Shown in pieces: positions 10,924-20,000 of a DNA stretch of 20,000 bases. The stretch spans positions 44,860 to 64,859 of the forward strand of contig JYFJ02002003.1 of assembly GCA_000934665.2 (NCBI GenBank), in the 5' to 3' direction. Numbering within the stretch: position 1 is the stretch's first letter; each line of letters starts with the position of its first letter. The DNA comes from Catajapyx aquilonaris (taxonomy: Eukaryota). A program made the translations under genes and the position numbers. The notes under the pieces were generated by a model that saw only the letters and a list, made by a program, of their open reading frames with translations, did not search any database and was not told where the DNA came from.

Positions 10924-12363
10924 ATGGAGAACAGCAAAGTCCCGCGTAAACTGGAGAGATTCGTGCATCTCCTACTGTCGTATTTCTACAGCACAGAGGA
11001 TTTTCTGATAGTGGACCTTCTGATGAAGAAGATATGCCTAACAGAGAAGGACTTGGAAAAGGACCTCATGCTCGGCCACGACGTGCTTCGATCGAGTTTG
11101 CAGCACCTGATGGCCGACAAGGTCATTCATTATCGGTACATAATCGAGGACGACGACGGGGACAGTCGACGCAAGGTCACGCCCTGCTACTACTACATCG
11201 ACTACAGGAAGTTGGTGAACGCGGTCAAGTACCGCCTGTTCGTCCTGAAGAGGAACTTGAGGAACAGCCAAGGACTAATCAGGTTCAGGTGTCGGTCGTG
11301 CCAGACCGACTACGGCGACGAGAGCGCGGCCAACCTGATCGACCCAGAGACCATGAACTACGTCTGCATCTTCTGCGCAGGAAAGGTCGAGGACGAGGGT
11401 CCCCCCAAACCAGTGGTGCGCGGACTGGTGAATAAGTTCCACACGAAGATGGTCCCTCTGGAGTCTCTTCTGAAAGTGGTCGACCGGATGCCGCTGGAGG
11501 AGATCAGCGACATACCTGGTGGTAAGCTGGACCGGAACTCAGCAGCTGTACCCGAGATGTCCGGAGACGCGACCAGGACCAGAAGAGAGGAGGGTTTTGC
11601 ACCGGAAGAGGTCAAGCAGAAGAAAGATTCCAAGGCGACCGAAGCACCTCTGGACGTGGTGGGGGAGAACGTCTGGGACATGAGCAAGCCAGAAGTCGTG
11701 GAACGTGTTGCTGTCGAACGATTCCAGCATCTGATGAATATCGTTCAAAGGTACTGCAGCCAAGATAGGCCTGAAAAAGCAGGTACCTGCAGTAGATGGC
11801 TTGCCAGTTGTGGGAAATATAGGAATCTTATTCGTATACTAATAGTGAAATGCGTGCCTATAAACATAGGCCTATACATCAAAACTCAAAGGATGTCGAT
11901 TTATGGTCACTTTTGTTCTATATGTTCTTGTCGAAAAAGTAGGTTCAGGCAGTGCTATCGTGGAGGGCGATAAAACAATTGGCACCACCATATAATGACG
12001 ATTACTTTAAAATTCACATTTCTAGAGTAATCGCATTTTGTTATAGACTACTGCAGTTATTATCATCCGCTTTTCGGTTGACGACAATGCAGCTGATATT
12101 AACTGCAGTAGTCTATAACAAACTGCGATTATTCATTGGCGGAAGAGCTGCTCAGAAAGCGGGAATTGATAGCAATGCTTTCATACAAGTCGCCTTTTCT
12201 TTCCGTTGCAGAACTGGTGTTGGACGTGGAGCCCTTAACCGAAGCCCAGTTGCAAGAGTGGGCACGGAGGACGAATTCTCTTCTCGTTAACAAGCAAGCC
12301 ATAGCATTCAGAAAACGACGTAACGACAACCTATGTTTTTGCAAGTTTGACGATGCTCTCTGA
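10924..12363 (+). CDS. TFIIEalpha-like (GTF2E1-like): General transcription factor IIE subunit alpha-like protein (divergent paralog), about 336 aa; exons 10924-11782, 12212-12363
   Basis: Extended winged-helix region VPRKLERFVHLLLSYFYSTEDFLIVDLL...LRSSLQHLMADKVI...YYYIDYRKLVNAVKYRL aligns by eye with TFIIE-alpha VPxxLxRLxxxxxRxFY...LRxxLxxLKxDKFI...YYFINYxxxVNVVKYKL. Zinc ribbon FRCRSC...LIDPETMNYVCIFC is intact. Phase-1 intron 11783-12211; AATAAA at 12449-12454. Confidence 0.85.
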
Positions 12364-13394
12364 GAGTACCTTTATACGAAGTGTTTCGAGACACTTGCCT
12401 GAACATATATAAAGAGCGATGCGGACAGTCAGTGTCTACAACTGTAGAAATAAAGATCCTGTTGCTTCTTACACACTTACTTGAATCTGACAAAATAATG
12501 ATGTTACGTAAGTTATATAGTGTATTGTATAGTAATTGATACCTATAAATAGGTTGCAGCAATTCACGTTGGGCACTTTTAAATGATACTTTTCACGTGC
12601 AATCAAAAGGAAAATTATTATTACACATGGTATTGCGCGCATTATTGTGGAGATGTGAACCAAAGATTTCCATCAGCGTGTGTCACGGCTACACAGGGTA
12701 CGTGGCTTGAGAACTCTATATACTGCTTTAGTGAATATTGGGATATTGCCCACTGTTATTGGAACAGAGCAAGGCGAATATAGTCGAAGTTTTGCACCAA
12801 TAACCAGCCACCATTGAAGTTCCAAGCCCCAAGCTACTTATCCCATTTTGGGCTGTATGTGCTTGGGCGCCTCGGAAATATTTTTTGCTTACAGCATACC
12901 TTAATAAATTGTTATAATTTTTGATATAACAATATACTTAACGTACATTTTTCTGGTTCCTTGGTAACAGTTCAGCAATTTTGGGAGACTCATTGCGAGG
13001 ATAGATCCAAAGTACTCTTTCATTGCCGCGATGTTAAATAACTCTAAGGTACCCAAAGATATTATTTTGTTTTCTTGAATGGGACTAATTTGCTCTTAAT
13101 ATTTTAGACCAGATCAGTTCATGATCCATAGTATTATACCTGGTGCGCATAAAGCGGCTTCTCCCTCGCCGTATTGATGATGCATATCATACAAAGGTCA
13201 ATATATTATTCAGGGGTTGTTTCAGGATTGACTGCATTGTCACCAATATGGATTGAAGATGACTTGAGTGACACCTTATCCAGTGACTTCATCTGGACCC
13301 AATCCAGCCCAGTTTCCACGGAAAGACAAGTCAAGGTGTGGCCAATTTGATCTGTAATTTGGCGATAGATCTGGAGCGTTAAGTTCAAAACGCG

Positions 13395-15403
13395 ATGGCC
13401 GGACATTGGAGCCAGATGAACCCGTTGATTGGCCTATTGAAAGATGAACGTTGGAGTCTGGCTGAGGGACTAATTAATAAAACCAGCCCTGGGCATGCCA
13501 TATTCACTCCAGGTAAACAATTGGATTAATCCGAATTAGTAGCCTACAGTATATGATACATTGAACACTCGGATCTCAGTACTTCTACAAGATGATTGAT
13601 AGTAATTTGATGTCATTGGTGTAGGACACCATGCTGAGTATAGAAACGTCATGTAGAATTTTGCTTATAGATAGGCTACAGTGTTTCTGGCCAAAAATTG
13701 CTAATTAGAACTAACAGTACTGATATACCTGTTGCAGTGACTCAATTCAAATAGCTGGTACATTCTGTTGCTATTTGTTTTCAGACCCACACAATGAATC
13801 GCCCCTTCAGTTTGTGCTTGGCCGCTACGATTACACGTTTCAAAGCCCAATTCACCTGAAGTTGGCCAACCTGATCCTGCAGAAAGGATCTGAGAGTCAG
13901 TTCAGTTCATGTCGGAAAGAGCTGATAAGCACATTCGTCTCCTCTTACCTGACAACGTGGTGCAATTGCAGCACTTACACTCGCAGGTATACGAACCAGG
14001 TCGCACTGCCTTATTGTCTGTTGGACTGGTTGTCCACTTATGTGCCGCACGTCTGATTCAATAATTATTCCAGGAGACTAGTCCAAGGTTCTGCCCCCTT
14101 TGTGATAGGATTCGACGGAGAGATAAACATGCCCCCGGAAGAGGCCAAGCGGCAGCTGCTGCAGTTTGCCTGCATGCTGGCCGGTATGTCAAAACATCGT
14201 ATGCTACATTCGTCTAAACCCTAGAGAAATATATTCAGAGAAGGGTAAAGTCATAATGCATGATGCAATCCTCACTCTTCATACCTGTGCTTTCAGACAA
14301 AGTCGGTTGGAACCGGGACGAAATATTTGTCAGCTCCGTCTTCGTCGATGTGCTGGGAAATCCCGGTGGAGACCTGGACATCCTGAAGTTGGTGTGTCCG
14401 ACGGGCCATCACTTGAACGACACCGATGAAGAAAGACGAACCCCTCTCATGCTCCTCAGCATCCGCTGCCCTAGTCCTCAGCTGCACCTGCTGGATTACC
14501 TGTGGACTCTTCCAGTGGTAAGGTGCACTGTGCGGAACAATGCGGATGTCAACTGCTGTTGAATGTCCTATACAGGTGCCGGATGTCCATGCGAGGGACA
14601 GTGACAACCGGACGGCTCTGTGGTACGCGGTCTGGAAGGGTCACTCTGGCCTGGTTTGTTACTTGTGCGAGAAAGGCGCCAATGGAAGTTTCGACGGGCA
14701 TGTGTACAGCGCCAGGTCCATGCTGAGGAGGTCACGCCTCGAGGTCAACCCCTTGGTTGCCGGAGTGCTGTCCGATTCCCTTTATTTTCCGAAGACAGGA
14801 ATATTCGACAAGGGTATGGTGGACGGGATACTGCGCCAAACCGTGTCTTCTGCTGTGGACTTGGGACACTTCAGCGACAGGGACACACTGAAACACGTCC
14901 AGGCCCTGCTTCAGGTCGACACCAACTTTCCCCACCTTGGAAGAAGAGAGAACCAGTATCGGAACAGCGTGGTCACCCTGATGTTCGGATCTCTCTCTGC
15001 CGGATTGCAGCAGCTCTGCGTGAGGGCCATCGTGAATGGCGTGTTCTTCAGACGCACTTCCAAAGGCAAAGGCAGGGCTGTCTGTTCGGATAGAAACTCT
15101 TATACATCCAAGGTGACTCTTCCTGCAGGTGGCAGCACTTGGAGCCTTCTGTCAGTGTCAGAGGTGGACATCCCCCGACCACAAGACTACAGGACGAGCA
15201 GGGACATCATTGCGTGGCATAAGAACAAGGCCAGTTGCGTCACGCCGGAGCTTGTTGGAGACAAGATGCGTGCCCTGGGCATACCCACCACCCTCAAGAC
15301 CTTCTTCGAGTTGGAGATGGCCAAGGCACAGCTTTGCTTTCATGTCAACCAGTACGACGGAGGTCACAGGGGAGGCTGGGAGTGGGGCAGAAATGTTGAA
15401 TAA
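13395..15403 (+). CDS. Ankyrin-repeat protein with C-terminal SOCS-box-like motifs (ASB-like), about 492 aa; exons 13395-13512, 13785-13986, 14074-14183, 14297-14517, 14576-15403
   Basis: GT-AG introns with consistent phases (1,2,1,0). Ankyrin-like units NESPLQFVL...HLKLANLILQKGS, LNDTDEERRTPLMLL, DVHARDSDNRTALWYAVWKGHSGLVCYLCEKGAN. BC-box-like LQQLCVRAI and Cul5-box-like LGIPTTLKTFF. AATAAA overlaps the stop codon (15399-15404). The 5' exons are less certain. Confidence 0.78.
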
Positions 15404-15515
15404 AGTCGTGCGGTTCGTTCATTTCGTGCACTAATGGTATATACTATAGTAAGTTTATTGTGTTTCTTCCTGGTCTGGCTGCATAAGACAGACATCGTGA
15501 TGACATTGTTGGATG

Positions 15516-16921
15516 TCAACGACTTTCCGGTTGCCGGAACTCTGCCTTGATTGAAATGTACGCAACCACCGCCGAAGTTAACTGAAAGAGTTGCAAGCAC
15601 CTCGTTGTGAGTTAAACGAAACAGCCAACTTACGGTCGATGTCATCTGCGGTCATGCGATACTGACTGAAGAAGTAACGGTTCTTCCAATGGAGAGTAGC
15701 TTCGGTGTAGATATGCGCACCGGTGGGGCAGACAGACGGGAAATCAAAAACTGGATCTGTAAAAAAAAATCGTTTGGAAAAATAATAATTAAGTGTAGAT
15801 GGTAATTACCTCTCGTTGGCATTTGGTGTCCAAGCCTGACAGCCTGACCCGGTGAAGCCGTTCCATTGCGGTCGTGTTCTGGAAAATAGGTCTCTATTGC
15901 AAGTACTGTACAGTGTACACACAGCCCGACAGTGCTTCTCAGTGCGATTACTTACGTTTAACTGTCCTTGCTTGTATTTAGCTGCGGCAACCAGAGCGAA
16001 CATGATGGCCAAGGTCGTGTTAAAGTAAACCATGACCCATGCGCATTCGCAACCGATGTGAAGATGCGCTGTTAGGTAAAAGGCGGCTGCACATACCGTG
16101 GCGGCTAGGAAGGAGAGATGCTGGGTCACGAACTGGGTCGCGAAGGTCATGCTGATGGAGTCGACGGTCTTGACCAGGTGGTGGAAGGCGCCTCCAAGCT
16201 CGGACAATGCGTCGCCAACACTCTCGCTGTCGATGACCTCATCTTCCCGCACAGGACGGTCAGAAAAGGTCTTGGGCAACTTGCGGATCTGGGCGTCGAT
16301 CCCCGAATTGACCAGGTCGAAACGACGCCTGACCGCTCGGACCAGGAAGGTCACGGTGACCGGAGTGATAGAGTACAGGAGCAGGTCGTAGGTCAGAACC
16401 AGGCTGGCCAACAGGTAGCACATGTCGCCTGAAATAACTGCTTTGCTGGCGGAATATGCCAAGTGGCAGATGGGAATGGCTGCCATCATTGCCAGGAGAC
16501 TGATCGCGTCACGGCGAGAGTCACACTTGAGGTCACTGCCCATCTTCCGGTCGAATTTGGCTATCCGTTTGAACAGGCGGGTGACCTGGCCGTGCTTGGT
16601 CTGGACCAGGACGTACCGGACGCATGTGAACGCGAAGCAGTTGAGCACAGAGGATATGAGGATGAGGAGACACGGACCCGACGGGAGAGCCTGGTCATCC
16701 CAGTGATGGTGACACCCGAAGAAGGCGGAGACTATTCCGATCACTTGAACCGCTGGAAATATCAAGGGTGTCAACCGGTCGGTTCTGGCACAGTACGGAC
16801 CGGACCAGGCCTGTTGAGTTGGAAACAGGCCCATGTATTTGGTGGCCACTGAGAGAGGACGGTACGCCTCGTATATGGTCCTTCCATCAGGTTTGCTAAC
16901 ATTGTCACCCGAATCACACAT
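15516..16921 (-). CDS. Gr: Gustatory receptor (arthropod 7TM chemoreceptor/ion channel family), about 396 aa; exons 16921-15956, 15878-15810, 15756-15667, 15581-15516
   Basis: Strong Kozak context ccaccgccATG. N-terminal IYEAYRPLSVATKYMGLFP motif, several hydrophobic helices, RRRFDLVNSGI and HHLVKTVDSISMTFATQ segments. Three phase-0 introns near the 3' end give ...CQRE|IQFLISRLSAPPVRISTPKLLSIGRTVTSS|LTSAVVAYISIKAEF, matching the conserved GR intron pattern and the position of the TYhhhhhQF motif. AATAAA on the minus strand at 15459-15454. Confidence 0.9.
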
Positions 16922-18076
16922 GGCGGTGGAGTAGCAGGTGACCTGATTTGCTTCATATATTTTATTTGTGCACTGCTTGGAGTGTCGTAACTGAGCACTT
17001 GAATGTACGACAGGTGTGCCCGGGATGTGTTCAGAGATAAGCTAGTGATGGAGCTTCATTGAAAACCGGAACCGACTGATTAGAGTCTATTAAGTGAGTC
17101 AATATTCACTTATCTGCAGTGATCGTGGCTGGCCCTTGAATTACTCAGGTTCAAAGCCAATCAGATGGCTATTGTTACAACAAATTCGTAAAGATAATGA
17201 AGTACACTCTTGATCTTATTTTTTGTTACCTTTTCCATTTCTCTCTATCGCCATCATGCACATGCGGAAGATAGACCATGTAAAGAAGTTTAACTGTTTC
17301 TTCGATGACTCTCTAATCAATTATTCCGAATACTGTCAATGGAATTAATCTACCAGCATTTGGCCTTTTGGTTGCCAAAATTTAGGGGAAGAAATAGGCT
17401 GATTTAGGGGGGAAAAAAGATATTGAGTCCCATTTATTGGAAAGTGTCAAGATCATAAATAAGAAGTACGTAGTTAGTCGTATAGTTAAAATTGATTACT
17501 GGCATGGGTCCCGAAGGTGTCTAGGAGCACCCAGAGCATCGGCTTCATCTGCAGCTCATCCTATCGCTGCACTGAACACCTTGTAAATATGCACTAAACA
17601 GGTGCATGTTCATATGGCGCAACAGCTGCTGGGAGTTATTCCCAGTGCTTCGTGATTTTTTTTCATATTGAGAACGTCATGTCGGCATTTGGTTTTTGAA
17701 ATTCCTGTTGAAGGATTCTCAACATGTAATGTCAAGTAGTTATCTCTTGCATTATTTGGTGGAATAAACTGGTTCGAATAAGAGGAAAATGCAAAGGAAT
17801 GGTCTCATGCATGGGGAGGAAGGGGTTCACGCTACGTGCAGTACATAATCACCCCGATTTTGTATGGGCAGACCCCCAGTAACGGGAATTTACTTGTTAG
17901 TTTGATTTTAAAATCTTTCATGCGATTTACAAGAAGGTTATTAAAGCAAAATTATATGATCCTATAAGGAAGAACGGAAAACCGGTCAGGTCACTTTACG
18001 GACTATTCGCCTTCGAATGAAGAGAGGCAGCTTCCACACTTCTTGGTCACTCTTTGAAGCAACTCCATTACCGGAA

Positions 18077-18686
18077 GAGTAAACAACCTCCAATGTGTTT
18101 TTCGAAGAAGTCTTCTTGATCGTCAGATGCGAGGAACTCTTGGGAGTTGTATGGACTATACCAATCCTTAGTTCATGGACCGCAATTCAAGTAAAAGCAA
18201 GTGCCGACCCTACAAAAACATCTATGGGAAACTTGCACATCAGCCTCATTATATAGAGTAAATTAATTCATAATATATGCACTCCTTTAGGTTCAATCGT
18301 TTATTGGAACCGTGTAGAAACAAGGTCCACAGGTGCCTTACCCCTACCATGCACTCAATCATTATATAGATAGGCCTACACTTCTTGATGATTTCTACCC
18401 AGAATTGCGAGAGATCATTCTAAAGTATTTCACCGCGTTGTTTTCTTCCACCTTTCAGCGGAAACAAGCTACTTGTTCATTAATATTCAATGAGGCTGTT
18501 ATTCGCAAGATTCAAACAGTTGTTCATGACGGATCAGCACTGTCTTGCTTTTTGTTGCGTTGGTTTACACTCTTTTTCCAATATGAGAGTTCATGAACCA
18601 AGTATATGAACCACAATTCGCAAGTGTTCCCCGCTTCAGACGATCAAGAAGTAAGGAGCATACAACCTCCACCTGTGTTTTTCGAA
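18077..18686. repeat. Decayed element: 39-bp inverted repeats bracketed by about 30-bp direct repeats
   Basis: Inverted repeat 18112-18150 vs 18613-18651 (33/39 identical). Direct repeat gagtaaacaacctccaatgtgtttttcgaa (18077-18106) vs gagcatacaacctccacctgtgtttttcgaa (18656-18686). Confidence 0.6.
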
Positions 18687-19047
18687 ACTTATTTTGCAAA
18701 GAAAATCAAAGCCTATAGCGTACAATAATGATGAGAGTTTCCGGTTGAAAGTTCTGCTATTCCATTTTCAGTTTTCTTCCTCCTCATTGACATCGATGTG
18801 ACGTAGAGTGGATATGCGTATGTTCCCCTTTCTAATTTTGATATTAATTAACTTTTGAAGTTTATATTCCCACTATAAGTGTATAGCAGATAGATATTTC
18901 GCACTCTGTGAATGGCCCGATTATTGCAACTTATTACATTTTCAAAACATACAACAACTTTGTTCTTAATAAAAGGGCCACTGACGTAACAAAAAATCAG
19001 ACGATTTTTTAAGATAAATAACATCACATACTCTGAAATTTCATATT

Positions 19048-19128
19048 ATTTTAGGTTAACACAACCAGCCCTAAGTTTGTGAATAATATTAACCTAAAAT
19101 TATTCACAAACTTATGGCTGGTTGTGTT
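19048..19128. repeat. Near-perfect hairpin (30-bp stem, 11-nt loop) with an interleaved second inverted repeat
   Basis: 19058-19087 pairs with 19099-19128 at 29/30. In addition, attttaggttaa (19048-19059) is the exact reverse complement of ttaacctaaaat (19089-19100). Confidence 0.85.
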
Positions 19129-20000
19129 TCAGAATTTAGCGATGAAGCTTTATCGAACATGCCTGACAACCTTTACTCCTTTTGTAGAGAACTCTTTATT
19201 ATATGCCCAGGTGTTTGATGTAATTTAGGCTCTTGACGTCACACAGAGACATGTAATTATTTTCTCCATGCCCATGTTCCATTCCTGAATAGAAGCATAA
19301 AGTTGCTTGCTCCTTTGCTTATTGAGAGATACGATGTAGTGAGACACAAATGAGAATGCAGAGACCAAGCAATTAATTTTCGGCAAAGAACAGTGGGGTC
19401 GACAGACAGACGAGAGATGACATGTATCATCTGGTAATCCAAGGCTATCAAAAGGTTGCACAACGAATGCCAGTGAGGTCAACACTTCACATCGAGACCA
19501 GGTGACAATATTCCAACGTCCAAGTGAATGGCTGTTTGCAGGTTCTCGAGCCTGACAGCTGCAGGGCTGGAGACCGACTCGGAACGTATAGAAATTTAAG
19601 CTGAGGAAATGGAATACCTGAGGTACTCTACTGCACTCAAATACATATTGTTCGTTTGTAATACATATGGCAATATTGTGAATGGCCATATGACATATTC
19701 CTCGCAATTATTATCCAATTATTATTGGACAGTTATGGTTCCAGGGTTGCAACTCTCCACGGTTCAATTAGCAGTGCCAATCATAATTTTGAAGTGGAAA
19801 GTGCACCTTTGCATCAGAATATTTCGACCCCTGAATTACTGTATATGTGGGACATGTGGGATAAATGATTGATTGATTTTAATGAAATCTTGACTAAAAT
19901 GTGACCTTTACCCTTCCACAATATATTATTCAGTTCCAGATTTCATCTTCTGGAAAGCTTCCAGGCGTTTTTCAAAATGTTTGGAAAATTCTAGAAAAAT

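Noticed and set aside
10852..11973. Single-exon 373-aa TFIIE-like ORF as in the ORF track
   Set aside because: The first codons span an intron acceptor (10875), and the tail after 11782 is AT-rich intron-like sequence. A phase-compatible exon with a polyA signal exists at 12212-12363.
15806..15955. C-terminus of the 371-aa GR ORF in the ORF track
   Set aside because: It reads through intron 15955-15879. The spliced model restores the conserved GR C-terminal exons.
16098..16852. Several overlapping plus-strand ORFs (similar ones overlap the FReD, TFIIE-like and ankyrin exons)
   Set aside because: Antisense or alternative-frame shadows of GC3-rich coding exons, with no independent features.
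18333..19872. ORFs 18333-18596, 19225-19707 and 19609-19872
   Set aside because: AT-rich with no recognisable motifs or consistent splice chain; probably chance ORFs in repeat-derived DNA.
18960..20000. Possible DNA-transposon ends (aaagggccactgac near 18972; gattttaatgaaatcttg near 19874)
   Set aside because: They resemble MITE terminal or subterminal motifs, but no partner TIR or TSD is visible in the window, so they cannot be supported without a repeat library.

Overview
Gene-dense eukaryotic DNA with short GT-AG introns (about 50-430 nt). It is almost certainly an arthropod, since it holds a gustatory receptor with the ancestral three phase-0 3' introns and DRE promoter elements; a small-genome crustacean is my unverified guess. 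Gene models were spliced by hand and phase-checked. In order: (1) the 5' end of a minus-strand gene for a signal-peptide protein (1-130); (2) a Harbinger-derived Myb/SANT-like (MSANTD/NAIF1-type) locus, where one first coding exon precedes two tandem 4-exon cassettes that have decayed in complementary ways, with a palindromic MITE in cassette 1; (3) two tandem secreted coiled-coil + fibrinogen-domain (FReD) genes differing by one intron; (4) a strongly divergent TFIIE-alpha paralog; (5) an ankyrin-repeat protein with a SOCS box apparently split by 81 residues; (6) a 4-exon gustatory receptor with an atypical TM7 gate motif; (7) about 3 kb of non-coding DNA with inverted and direct repeat structures. 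No prokaryotic features, CRISPR arrays or RNA genes were recognised.
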